NCBI GenBank assembly: GCA_965214605.1
Contig: OZ243961.1
Coordinates: 3,104,001-3,168,000 of the forward strand
Origin: an uncultured Candidatus Binatia bacterium
GTDB taxonomy: Bacteria; Desulfobacterota; Binatia; Bin18
Direction of reading: 5' to 3'
DNA: 64,000 nt
Positions 48,675 through 58,586 of this stretch are shown one piece after another. Every line of letters begins with the position of its first letter. Position 1 is the first letter of the stretch. The notes below the pieces were generated by a model. It was not told where the DNA came from. It did no database searches and saw only the letters and a list, made by a program, of their open reading frames with translations. Both the position numbers and the translations under genes were made by a program.

Positions 48675-51074
48675 ATGCAGGGACTTGAAGGTGTCAAGGT
48701 TGTAGAATTGGGAGAGCTGGTCTCGGCCTCATACGCTGGCAAAATCATGGCTGACCTCGGGGCCGACGTGATCAAGGTCGAAGAACCGGGTGGAGACTTG
48801 GCCCGGCAGCGCGGACCGTTCCCCGGCGGTGTGGCCGACCCGGAAAAGAGCGGCCTGTTTCTGGCCCTGAATACCAATAAGCGTGGAATCACGCTCGATT
48901 TGGCCCGGCACCAGGACGGGCTTGCCCAGCTCGTCGCCTGGGCCGATATTGTGGTCCACAATTATCCGGCCGCCGAGATGGCGGAGCGGGGCATCAGCTA
49001 TGAAGCCTTTCGACAGCTCAACCCCCGGTTAGTCATGTGTTCGATCACGCCTTTTGGCCTCACCGGGCCGTACAAAGAGCATAAGGCCTATGAGTTGAAC
49101 GTTTCCCACGGCGGCGGCTGGGGCTGGCTGAGTCCCGGCGCGTCGGACTTTCCAGACCTCCCGCCGTTGAAAGTCGCCGGCCATCAGTGCGATTTCCAGG
49201 GCGGCGTGTCCGGCGCTATGGTGGCCCTGGCCGCCTATCATCGGGCTTTGGAAACCGGCTATGGGGAGCATATCGACCTGTCTACCCAGGCGTTCATCGC
49301 CGCTTTTTTAGAGCAGAATTTTGTCTACTACTCGTACAGCGAGCGGATTGCGTCGCGTTTGGGAAAACGCTTACTGTATCCGTGGGGCATCTTTGAGTGC
49401 CAAGACGGGCTGATCTTCATTGTGGCGGTGGAAGAAGACCAGTGGGAGCGGATTGTCGAACTGATGGGCAATCCTGAGTGGGCCAGCTGGGAGATCTTTG
49501 AGAACGTGACCGAGCGTTCCAAAAATCAGGACGTGATGAAGATGTATCTGGACGAGTGGATCAAGGACCGGAAGGTCGAAGCCCTGTGGCACGAGGCTCA
49601 GTCGCGACGGATCTGTTTTGCCCCGGTCTTCGGCATGGAACAAATGAGCAAGCAGGAACAGCTGCGGTCCAGAAATTTCTTTGTTGATGTGAGCCACCCA
49701 AAAGCCGGGACCGTCACCCAACTTGGGGCCCCCTATCAACTGCGTGAACCGTGGTGGCAGATCCGCCGTCCAGCCCCGCTCCTAGGCGAGCATACCGACG
49801 AGGTCTTTCACGCGCTGCCCCCGGCCCCCACTCCCCACCCCCCGGTTGCCGTTCCCAGAACGCGCCGTCCCCTTGAGGGCGTGCGCGTTGCCGACTTCAC
49901 CTGGGTATGGGCCGGACCGTACGGCACGATGTATCTCAGTCACCTGGGTGCCGAGGTCATCAAAATCGAGTCCAACACCCGCATTGATGTCACCCGCCGC
50001 TTACCGCTGTATCCCAAGGGTATGAAGGCAGGAGTGAACCGTTCGGGGCTGTTCAATCAGTGGAGCCTGGGAAAAAAGAGTGTGCTGATCAATTTCTCCA
50101 AGCCCGAGGGTCTCGCCGTGGTCAAGGAGTTGATTCAAAACAGTGATGTGGTGGTTGATAATTTTGCGACCGGGGTGATGGAGCGTCTGGGGCTGGGTTA
50201 TGACGACCTAGTCAAGATCAAGCCGGACATCATTATGGCCTCAATCTCCGGCTATGGCCATAGCGGCCCGCTGAAGAACTATATGGGCTATGGTCCAGCC
50301 ATTGCGCCGCTGACCGGGCTGTCAACCATGACCGGCTATGCGGGCGGCTCGCCCCAGGAGGTCGGTATTTCGTACGGTGACCCCAACAGCGGTATCCATG
50401 CTGCGGTGGCCATTACCGCCGCGCTGGCCGCCCGCAAGCGGACCGGCAGAGGTCAGTATATTGACGTCTCGCTGTGGGAGTCGGTGGCCGCGCTGGTGCC
50501 CGAGGGCTGGATGGACTACGCCATGAACGCCAACGAACCCACCCGGCGTGGCAACCGCGACCCGCTCATGGCCCCCCATAACTGTTTTCGATGTGCGGGC
50601 ACCGATGAATGGGTGTCGATTGCCTGTGGGAGCGACGCGGAGTGGCAGGCGCTGTGCCGAGCCACGGAGCAGGCCGGGCTGGGTACAGATGCTCGTTTCC
50701 GAACCGTTCAAGACCGCAAGGCCAACGAGGACGAGCTGGAGAAAATCGTGACCGCCTGGACCGAAAAACGCGACAAGTGGCAGGTGACAAAGATCTTACA
50801 GGCCGTCGGCGTTGCCGCCTTTCCGTCAATGAACAGCAAAGACCTGGCCGACGACCCGCATCTCAAGCAACGTGGTTTCTTTGCCGAGCTGCCGCACGAC
50901 GAGGTCGGCGTCCGCAAACATACAGGCATTCCCTGGCTGCTGACCGAATCGCCAAACGGGGTGCAGGCCCAGGCCCCGCTGCTAGGGCAGCATACCGATC
51001 AGGTCATGCGGGATGTCTTGGGCTACTCTGATGAACACATCGCTCAGCTCAAGGAGGGGAAGGTGTTGTACTAG
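48675..51074 (+). CDS. Family III CoA-transferase with two fused CaiB/BaiF domains
   Basis: LGADVIKVE / LGAEVIKIE, two APLLG.HT motifs, GEHIDLS / GQYIDVS; 799 aa. Confidence 0.93.
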   Translation: MQGLEGVKVVELGELVSASYAGKIMADLGADVIKVEEPGGDLARQRGPFPGGVADPEKSGLFLALNTNKRGITLDLARHQDGLAQLVAWADIVVHNYPAAEMAERGISYEAFRQLNPRLVMCSITPFGLTGPYKEHKAYELNVSHGGGWGWLSPGASDFPDLPPLKVAGHQCDFQGGVSGAMVALAAYHRALETGYGEHIDLSTQAFIAAFLEQNFVYYSYSERIASRLGKRLLYPWGIFECQDGLIFIVAVEEDQWERIVELMGNPEWASWEIFENVTERSKNQDVMKMYLDEWIKDRKVEALWHEAQSRRICFAPVFGMEQMSKQEQLRSRNFFVDVSHPKAGTVTQLGAPYQLREPWWQIRRPAPLLGEHTDEVFHALPPAPTPHPPVAVPRTRRPLEGVRVADFTWVWAGPYGTMYLSHLGAEVIKIESNTRIDVTRRLPLYPKGMKAGVNRSGLFNQWSLGKKSVLINFSKPEGLAVVKELIQNSDVVVDNFATGVMERLGLGYDDLVKIKPDIIMASISGYGHSGPLKNYMGYGPAIAPLTGLSTMTGYAGGSPQEVGISYGDPNSGIHAAVAITAALAARKRTGRGQYIDVSLWESVAALVPEGWMDYAMNANEPTRRGNRDPLMAPHNCFRCAGTDEWVSIACGSDAEWQALCRATEQAGLGTDARFRTVQDRKANEDELEKIVTAWTEKRDKWQVTKILQAVGVAAFPSMNSKDLADDPHLKQRGFFAELPHDEVGVRKHTGIPWLLTESPNGVQAQAPLLGQHTDQVMRDVLGYSDEHIAQLKEGKVLY

Positions 51075-51097
51075 TCTCCTCTTGAGGGATGGGCTCT

Positions 51098-51859
51098 TTA
51101 CTGGGCCACAAACCCGCCATCGACCGGCATCTGAGTGCCGGTTACAAACGACGCCGCGGCGGAACACAGCCAGACCACGGCCCGGGCAATTTCCTCCGGC
51201 TGACCAATCCGTCCGATTGGGTGGGAGGCGGCAAAGCGCTCTTCAAGGCGTGGGTTCTTGTGCAGCCCACGCTCAAACATCGGCGTCCTGATGACCCCGG
51301 GACACACGGCGTTGACCCGAATGCCGGCTTTGGCGTATTCGAGTGCCGCAGTCTTGGTGAGGCCGTTTACCCCGTGCTTGCTGGCCACATAGGCCGGGCC
51401 GTAGCGAAAGCCAACGAGACCGGCGACCGAAGCGGTGTTGACAATCGCCCCGCCGCCGTGGCTGAGCATGTGCTGGATTTCATACTTCATGCACAGCCAA
51501 ACGCCTTTGAGATTGATGGAGATGACCTGAGCCCAGCGATCTGCATCATACTCGCCGGTCTTGGCCATGCCGCCTTCGATGCCCGCGTTATTAAACGCGC
51601 AATCGAGGCGGCCATAGTTCTCAAGCGTTTGCCCTACCAGGGCTCGGACCTCGGGCGCCTGAGTCACATCGGTTTTGACAAATGTGGCTTCGCCTCCGGC
51701 AGCTCTGATGAGCTGAACCGTCTCGTGTCCCGCCTCAACGAGTAGATCCGACACCACGACCTTGGCTCCCTGGCGGGCGAACTCCAGCGAGGTCGCTCGG
51801 CCAATGCCGCCGCTGGCGCCCGTCACTAGCGCAACTTTGCCCTCAACAGCTCCTGCCAT
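51098..51859 (-). CDS. SDR family oxidoreductase
   Basis: TGASGGIG, NNAG, YVASK; paralogue of 36404-37165. Confidence 0.95.
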   Translation of the reverse strand: MAGAVEGKVALVTGASGGIGRATSLEFARQGAKVVVSDLLVEAGHETVQLIRAAGGEATFVKTDVTQAPEVRALVGQTLENYGRLDCAFNNAGIEGGMAKTGEYDADRWAQVISINLKGVWLCMKYEIQHMLSHGGGAIVNTASVAGLVGFRYGPAYVASKHGVNGLTKTAALEYAKAGIRVNAVCPGVIRTPMFERGLHKNPRLEERFAASHPIGRIGQPEEIARAVVWLCSAAASFVTGTQMPVDGGFVAQ

Positions 51860-51889
51860 ATGACGTTGCTCCTTTCTCTTGCCTGTGCC

Positions 51890-53296
51890 TCAGCCTTTTG
51901 ACTGCTCCTCGGCCGCCGCCGGTTGGGCACCAGCGCGGAGTTCCTCAACATCGTCCGGGTCAGGCATGATCACGAACTCGGGGTAGGCTTCGATGCCGAG
52001 TTCCATTGAATCTTGGCCGACCTCTTCGACAGCAGGCGAGACTCGGACCCCCATTGTCTTTTCGAGGGCCAGCCACACTAACCACGAAGCCCCAAACGCG
52101 AACACCCCCACCGCCAGCACTCCGAGGAGCTGTACGCTGAGGTTGCCGCCAGCCGCAATACACACCGCTAGCGTCCCCCAGATACCGGCGAACAGATGGG
52201 CCGGGACCGCGCCGACCACGTCGTCTAGCTTCACGACTTCCAGCAGTTTCATGCCCCCCACGCACAGCACGCCGCCAATCGCTCCAATGATCACTGCCAA
52301 GTACGGCTCTACAATGTCGGGTCCCGCGGTAATTGAGACGAGGCCCGCAATTGCGCTGTTGAGGATAGCCAGCAGGTCGACCCGCCCGAGTATGGGGCGC
52401 GAGACAAACAGGGCGGTCACGACCCCCGCGGCCGCGGCAAGGTTGGTGTTGGCCAGCACGTTGCTCATTGCCACCGCGTCGAGCGCACCGCCCAAGGCGA
52501 GCTGTGAGCCGCCGTTAAAGCCGAACCAGCCAAACCACAGAATGAGGACGCCTAAGGTAACGAACGGGACGTTCGAGGGCGGCGTGGGTTTGACACTGCC
52601 GTCAGGCCGGAACTTGCCCGCTCGTGGTCCCACGACCAAAGCACCGGCCAGCGCCGCCCAGCCACCGGTCGAATGCACGATGGTGGATCCGGCGAAGTCC
52701 TGGAACCCCATCTTACTGAGCCAGCCTTCACCCCACGTCCAGGCGCCAACAATGGGATAGATGATGGCCGTCAAAACGGCTGTGAAGGTGAGGAACGGCC
52801 ACAGCTTCACCCGCTCGGCCAGGGTGCCGGAAACAATGGAGGCGGCGGTTGCGACAAAGACCATCTGAAAGAACCAGTCCGACATCGTGGAGTAGCCGTT
52901 CTTAACGACCGCGGCCAGCGCCCCTTCCTTGTCGGACAACAGGGCTAGCTCATCGGCTGACGGACCGTAGAAGAGGGTGATGGAGCCGATCAACGCCCCA
53001 ACGTCAACGTACATGAGGTTATAGCCAATGCCGTAGTAGGTCAGCCCGGCGATTGAGTACAGGCCGATGTTCTTGAGACAGATCACAGAGGCGTTCTTTG
53101 TGCGCACCGAGCCGGACTCCAGCATGGTAAAGCCCGCACACATCCACATGACGAGCGCCCCCCAGATAAGAAATGAGAAGGTGTTCAGGACAAACTGGGC
53201 CTCTTCGCCTATGGCAGCCTGCGCGGTGCTTGGCAGCAACACGAGCCCGAGTCCCGCAAGAAGCCGACTCCCTCTGCCTAGTCCGTCTATATTCAT
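51890..53296 (-). CDS. amtB: Ammonium transporter
   Basis: FQMVF...SGTLAER, DFAGSTIVH, WFGWFGFNGGS, DDVVGAVPAH (twin His retained). Confidence 0.95.
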   Translation of the reverse strand: MNIDGLGRGSRLLAGLGLVLLPSTAQAAIGEEAQFVLNTFSFLIWGALVMWMCAGFTMLESGSVRTKNASVICLKNIGLYSIAGLTYYGIGYNLMYVDVGALIGSITLFYGPSADELALLSDKEGALAAVVKNGYSTMSDWFFQMVFVATAASIVSGTLAERVKLWPFLTFTAVLTAIIYPIVGAWTWGEGWLSKMGFQDFAGSTIVHSTGGWAALAGALVVGPRAGKFRPDGSVKPTPPSNVPFVTLGVLILWFGWFGFNGGSQLALGGALDAVAMSNVLANTNLAAAAGVVTALFVSRPILGRVDLLAILNSAIAGLVSITAGPDIVEPYLAVIIGAIGGVLCVGGMKLLEVVKLDDVVGAVPAHLFAGIWGTLAVCIAAGGNLSVQLLGVLAVGVFAFGASWLVWLALEKTMGVRVSPAVEEVGQDSMELGIEAYPEFVIMPDPDDVEELRAGAQPAAAEEQSKG

Positions 53297-53337
53297 GCCT
53301 GCCTCCAAGTTCGCAGTGGACCGCTCTCTGTGATCCC

Positions 53338-53814
53338 TCAGGCATCAGGCGGCTCTGTTAAGGCGTCTAAAACCTTTTGGGGATGTGTTGCGGCTTTGGC
53401 GACTCTCTTCCAGTGCTTCTTTACTTTCCCGTTTGGTCCCACCCAGACCGTCGAGCGAATGACGCCAAGCGTCTTTTTGCCGTACATCATCTTCTCGCCG
53501 TAGGCACCGTACTTGGTCATGACTTTTTTGTCGGGGTCGCACAACAGGGGAAACGGCAGATTGTACTTGGAGACGAACTTCTGGTGTGAAGCCTCATCAT
53601 CGGGCGAAATGCCGAGCACGGTTGCGCCGCGCTGCTGAATGTCTTCCCAGACATCACGAAACCCACACGCTTCTTTGGTGCAGCCGGGGGTGTCGTCCTT
53701 GGGATAAAAGTAGACAATCACATCCTGACCTTTGAAATCTTCGAGAGAGACCGTATTCCCGGCTGTGTCTTTGAGGCGAAAGGCCGGGGCGGCTTTTCCT
53801 ACTTCAACCGGCAT
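53338..53814 (-). CDS. bcp: Thioredoxin-dependent thiol peroxidase (BCP/PrxQ)
   Basis: YFYPKDDTPGCTKEAC motif. Confidence 0.95.
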   Translation of the reverse strand: MPVEVGKAAPAFRLKDTAGNTVSLEDFKGQDVIVYFYPKDDTPGCTKEACGFRDVWEDIQQRGATVLGISPDDEASHQKFVSKYNLPFPLLCDPDKKVMTKYGAYGEKMMYGKKTLGVIRSTVWVGPNGKVKKHWKRVAKAATHPQKVLDALTEPPDA

Positions 53815-53948
53815 CGCGTTGTCCTCCTTGTTGTCCGGCGTGTTCAGACGCCGCTACTTGTAGCAGCTTTTCTTCTTCCAGATCAATTGCTCGCAACTCA
53901 GGCCTGAGCGCTGTTCACTCGTGGCCCAACAAGGTGCTTCTGGAACGC

Positions 53949-53976
53949 AAAGCGCCGGGTGAGAACCCGGCGCTTG
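53949..53976 (-). terminator. Hairpin, probable terminator
   Basis: AAGCGCCGGGT-GAGA-ACCCGGCGCTT downstream of the deacylase; weak T-tail. Confidence 0.5.
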
Positions 53977-54012
53977 CATGAGTGAGAGCAGGAGAACCCC
54001 TGCTCGGATGGC

Positions 54013-55755
54013 TTACTCGGCGGCCATGTCGGAACTGCGCAGCATCTTGCCCGGCAGGGCACCGGTGCACTGCTGACCCTCGAAAGTGATCCCTCCGTTC
54101 ACGATCGTGTAATGGTATCCCTCTGCCTTTTGGACCCGCCGCCAGTCGTTGTTGGGCAGGTCAGTGATGGTCTCCATCGGCAACACTCGGAGCTTCTCCA
54201 AATCGTAGACAACGATGTCAGCCGGCATTCCTTCACGCAGCCAGCCACGGTCGCGGATGCCAATGGCCCAGCCCAACATGGTAGATAGCCGCCAGTGCGC
54301 CTCTTCCAGTGACATAATCTGCCTATCGCGGACCCAGTGTCCCAGAAAATGGGTTGGATAGCGACCGGTGGTCAAAAATTTGGTATGGGCCCCGCCGTCC
54401 GAAGCGCCGATCAGAGTCAACGGGTGCTTGACAATCTCGCTGACCGCTTCCTCGTCGCCATTGATGAAGTCCTGCAGGGCAAATTCGGTTCCCAGGTTTT
54501 CCTCGACCGCCAAGTCCAGCATGGTATCAACCGGATGTTTGCCCAGCTCTTTGGCAACCTCGGCGATAACCCGGCCCTCCAGATGCTTGTTCTTTTCCAG
54601 ACACACCTCGGCAATCGTTGTCTTGTCCCAATTGAAGAGGGAGATTTGGGCAGCCTCCCCATCCTGGCGCCTCTTCTCCATCACCGTCGGGGTATTTTCC
54701 ATATCCCGCCTGAGGGCTGGCCGCCGACCCGGGTCAGACAGCTTGGCTTTGCGCTCTTCGTGGGTACCTACCGTGGCTTCATTCCAGGCCGGCAGCTGGT
54801 CAAAGAGCCCAACGGTCTCGAATTTGAACTCAAATTCGATCGGCAGGCAGATATTGACCGGGAGCACAACGGCCTCACGAAAAACCTCTTCTGTCCAGTC
54901 CAGCTGGTTGCGCCAGGCGTCCGGGTTAGTCGGATCATAGATAATGGCGTTCCAGTTCACCGGCCGGCCGCTGGTTTTGGCGAGTTCGACAAGAAAATTC
55001 CGTCCCAGCCCTTGCAGGGCATGACCCATGGTCCACTCGATGGAGCCACGGTTGAACTCGCGCATGACCTTGGCCATTTCCAGGAATTCTTCGCGCGGGG
55101 CCACGTGAGTCGGCAGATAGCCGCCATCGTAGTCACGGTTGGCCATGCTAAAGCTGGCCGAGAAGCCAAAGCCGCCGGCTTCCATGCCTTCCCGCACCAG
55201 GTGCTTCATCTGGTCTACCTGGTCTTGGGTGGCCTTGTAGTTCGGATCCCGGGCCGCGTCCGTGCCCATCACCCAGGCGCGCAGCGGGGAGTACGGAATG
55301 AGCGAGGCCGCATTCACCCCTATTCCGTGGCGTTCAATGCTGTCCAAGAATTCGGGAAAGGTCTCCCAGTCCCAACGCATCGATGCCTGCATAATGGACA
55401 AGGGAATCGTCTCTGTCCGTTCCATGCGCAACATCGCCCGCTCGCGATCCTCTGGATGGACCGGCGCAAAGCCAAAGCCGCAGTTGCCGATGGCAACGGT
55501 CGTCACTCCGTGCCAGCCTGATAGTGTCGCGTACGGATCCCACCCGGTCAGCGCTGCATCATAGTGAGTGTGAATATCCATAAACCCCGGTGCCACGATC
55601 AACCCGGTAGCATCGATAACGCGCTGGGCACTCCCCTGAATATTCCCCATAGCGGCGATCTTTCCGGCCTGGATCCCGATATCCCCGCGGTACGCGGGCA
55701 TCCGCAAGCCGTCGATGATTGTGCCGTTTTTAATAAGCAGATCATAATCAGCCAT
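54013..55755 (-). CDS. N-acyl-D-amino-acid deacylase family amidohydrolase (paralogue C)
   Basis: APGFMDIHTHYD, GNCGFG, SDGGAH; AAGGAGG RBS. Confidence 0.92.
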   Translation of the reverse strand: MADYDLLIKNGTIIDGLRMPAYRGDIGIQAGKIAAMGNIQGSAQRVIDATGLIVAPGFMDIHTHYDAALTGWDPYATLSGWHGVTTVAIGNCGFGFAPVHPEDRERAMLRMERTETIPLSIMQASMRWDWETFPEFLDSIERHGIGVNAASLIPYSPLRAWVMGTDAARDPNYKATQDQVDQMKHLVREGMEAGGFGFSASFSMANRDYDGGYLPTHVAPREEFLEMAKVMREFNRGSIEWTMGHALQGLGRNFLVELAKTSGRPVNWNAIIYDPTNPDAWRNQLDWTEEVFREAVVLPVNICLPIEFEFKFETVGLFDQLPAWNEATVGTHEERKAKLSDPGRRPALRRDMENTPTVMEKRRQDGEAAQISLFNWDKTTIAEVCLEKNKHLEGRVIAEVAKELGKHPVDTMLDLAVEENLGTEFALQDFINGDEEAVSEIVKHPLTLIGASDGGAHTKFLTTGRYPTHFLGHWVRDRQIMSLEEAHWRLSTMLGWAIGIRDRGWLREGMPADIVVYDLEKLRVLPMETITDLPNNDWRRVQKAEGYHYTIVNGGITFEGQQCTGALPGKMLRSSDMAAE

Positions 55756-56090
55756 GCGATCCTCCTTTTCGCTCATGCGAGCAGACTAATGGTGAAACCA
55801 AAAAATGACGCTACAATTAAAGACCAACACTTGTTGACAATGCCCCCAGGCGGTCTGCCGCGTAGCTGAACAGACGCCTACTCTCCGGCTTCTAGCACAA
55901 GACTCGCCACTTTTACAATGGACACAATTGAGGAAATGTTCGGTTGGGAAAAGAGGCGGCGTCTTTCATTTTTCCAAGGAGGAGGACACGCCAAACAAGG
56001 AAACTTCCGCAACAAAGATATTCGTGGACTGTGTTTGCCAAAAACACGGAAGATCTCTATAAAGGGTCCGACTATGTGAGGAGGGAAGAT

Positions 56091-56699
56091 ATGAAGAAAC
56101 GTACCACATCCATCGTATCGCTGATAGCAACCGCCACCATCCTCGGCTCCGCCCTCCCAGCCTCCGCATTGGTCCATCCCCGCAGCTACGACGAAACAGT
56201 TAACCTGCTTCTGCGGGGCTATGATTACTTCGTGAATCTCATTTCCTATTATGAGGACCGCCTTCCAGACTATGACGCCAGAATAGAGGAGGCACGGAGC
56301 AAATATCGGCAAACAAGGAGCCAATCAGACAGGCTGAGCATCGTCTATCACAAGCTCTTCGCGGGGCTCATCTATGAAACTGTATCAAGCAACCGTCAGG
56401 AATTCAATTTCTTGCTAGGAGTTAACGAAGATCCCGGAACCGACGTATATGATGTCTATGATTACTCCTTCAAGTTGCATATCGCAAAGCTCAACTACCT
56501 CGGTGCGAAACTAGAAGAGCTAGATAAAGAACTGCAAGTCCACGAAACAAGCCTGACGGAAGCAGAACTCAACGTCATCTCTGGACCAAAGAACGCCTTT
56601 AGCGACGACGATACCCTGATTGAACAAAAGGCCAAGCTGGAGAGGCAACTCTTAGCCATAGAATCCAAGCTGATACGCCTGAGAGTCTGGGGGGAATAA
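56091..56699 (+). CDS. Hypothetical secreted helical protein
   Basis: GAGGAGG RBS; signal peptide MKKR...ASA; more AT-rich than flanks; no recognised domain. Confidence 0.7.
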   Translation: MKKRTTSIVSLIATATILGSALPASALVHPRSYDETVNLLLRGYDYFVNLISYYEDRLPDYDARIEEARSKYRQTRSQSDRLSIVYHKLFAGLIYETVSSNRQEFNFLLGVNEDPGTDVYDVYDYSFKLHIAKLNYLGAKLEELDKELQVHETSLTEAELNVISGPKNAFSDDDTLIEQKAKLERQLLAIESKLIRLRVWGE

Positions 56700-56909
56700 C
56701 ACCTACGGACTGCTCCGTCCGAGGTGGTGCTTCCTGCACCCGGCTCAACGCGACCTTGGCAAGCGACAGTGCAGGAATTGTGGCTTTGTCGAGTCTTGGC
56801 ACGCCCTAGGAGGGGAGGGCTGATTATGGGGGCAAGACAAAAGGCTGGCGAACACCTCGGCAGAGATAGACGTTGTGAGGCGTGACTAGTCAGACTGTTT
56901 GAGGACCAA

Positions 56910-57113
56910 CTCATATCGCACCGGGCTACTCTGCCGCCAACCAAGAAGAGTGAGCAATGGAGCTGGAAGCCCACGGAACCGAGCCTTACGGCAACGGGGG
57001 ATGACGCCAAAGCCCTGCCTTCAGCGACAACGATACCGTGGTTAATATTCAAGGAGTAAGCGGAAGAGGCGTCTCTGAGCCTGGAGCCCAAGCTGATACC
57101 CAAGGAGGAATAA
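56910..57113 (+). pseudogene. Degenerate duplicate of the 3' part of 56091-56699
   Basis: Colinear matches such as CATATCGCA, GCCTT.AGCGAC.ACGATACC, CCAAGCTGATAC, GGAATAAC. Confidence 0.7.
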
Positions 57114-57397
57114 CGACGGAGACGGACGAAGGGCTACTCCGCCCCAGGGGTGGCTTGCATGCGGCTCCGGCCGCCTGGCCTGGAGCTGTGGATTGATTGA
57201 AGCCTGAGAGGCTTGTCAAATCCTCTCGTGTGAGAATGTGACAAAAACTCGTGCATGAAGCCCCATGATGAACGCTAAGCGCCTCCTTGCATCCCTCATG
57301 GCAACCGCGGCAACTGCCGGCCCGGCATGACAAATGACTTGGCGTCGGCAGCCTTGAGACTGACAAGCGGCTGCCGGAGCTTTAACTGCTTCGGCAG

Positions 57398-58165
57398 CTA
57401 CCCTAGCGGTGGCAGATCCGATAGTGTAATTCCCCGGAGGTTGCCGCTTGACGGGTGTGCCTTTTTCGCCGCTCGGATGATCATTTTTCGCATCGCTTCT
57501 TCTAGGAACTCGCGTTCAGCTGGTGTCAATTCGGCGGAAACCCCCGTAGATTTCCTTGCGCCCGTCCTACCGCCCTTCGTGGAGGAAAGACGACCGATTG
57601 CTGAAAGAACTTTTTGGGCAATGCAATAATGCTTTGCCGCTTCTTTGCGTTTTGTCGTAGGGAGTTCCAACATGGTCCGGCAGAAATAGGCCATAGCCGT
57701 TAACGTTTCTGGTTGTTGTCGAGAGATCATATAGCGGTGGAACATGATCTTGACTTTGTCGTCGTCAGGATCGAAATCCATGTCTGACGGCGGTGAAGGA
57801 TATGTAGGACGAGTGGTAATCTGGAGAGAGTCCGTTAGCTTGAGTTTCTCCCCCGACCCTATATGCCTCGTCCCCGGTGAGGGGGCTCTATTGATAATAT
57901 CCGCGCATTCGAGTTCCAGCCGAAAGGAGTCCGGGCCTCTTTTCAAGCGGATACAGAACTCCCAGTTGGCGATATATTCCTTAAGGGCTGCTTGCGCACT
58001 CTCCTGCGTCGGGAAATGCTCCTTCATTTCGAAACGAGCCTTCCCTTTTTCGACAGTAAGCCGAAAGCTCGATTCCTCGACTTCGAGAGTCTTCGCATCA
58101 CTGTAGTCAAACGCGCTTTCGTGTTCGATGCGATAGACCAATGCGTTGACATGGGGGTCGTTCAT
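57398..58165 (-). CDS. Hypothetical protein (possible ApeA/MauJ-like HEPN-related architecture)
   Basis: Long ORF with AGGA RBS; beta-rich N-terminus and helical C-terminus; family call tentative. Confidence 0.6.
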   Translation of the reverse strand: MNDPHVNALVYRIEHESAFDYSDAKTLEVEESSFRLTVEKGKARFEMKEHFPTQESAQAALKEYIANWEFCIRLKRGPDSFRLELECADIINRAPSPGTRHIGSGEKLKLTDSLQITTRPTYPSPPSDMDFDPDDDKVKIMFHRYMISRQQPETLTAMAYFCRTMLELPTTKRKEAAKHYCIAQKVLSAIGRLSSTKGGRTGARKSTGVSAELTPAEREFLEEAMRKMIIRAAKKAHPSSGNLRGITLSDLPPLG

Positions 58166-58586
58166 TGCCGTTCCTGTTTTCATTCCGGGTCCTTGCGCTC
58201 AAGTCCGCCGATATCTGTCTGCCGCGTCTGATGGGCAGGAAACTACCCGTCCTTGCCTCTTCTGGGGCTTCACACTGCAGCGGTGGCTGAGGCTGACGGA
58301 TTCGAGACATCCTCTTTAGAGCAGATCGTAAAGTAAGACTCCATGCGATGTGGGAAGAGTTGGACAGGAGAAGCCCTCTTTAAGATGAGGACCCCCCCCC
58401 CGAGTTCCTGCTCTACGCTATGTGGCAGACATGGCGAGAGCAAATTCGGATAAGACCGTTCTTGGAATACAGGCCGATCTGAAGGAGAGAGAACTGACGA
58501 AGACCTTGACAGCACCTCACACATCAGGGTGGAGTGTGTCGCAAAGCAAGGACGCATGATCAACTCCGGTGGAATCGGTCCCAAGT

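Noticed and set aside
54337-55521. 394-aa plus-strand ORF (likewise 12781-13665 and 15995-16996)
   Set aside because: Antisense shadows of amidohydrolase genes, typical of high-GC DNA
58392-58401. Poly-C10 tract as a phase-variation switch
   Set aside because: Intergenic and not within a credible ORF or promoter
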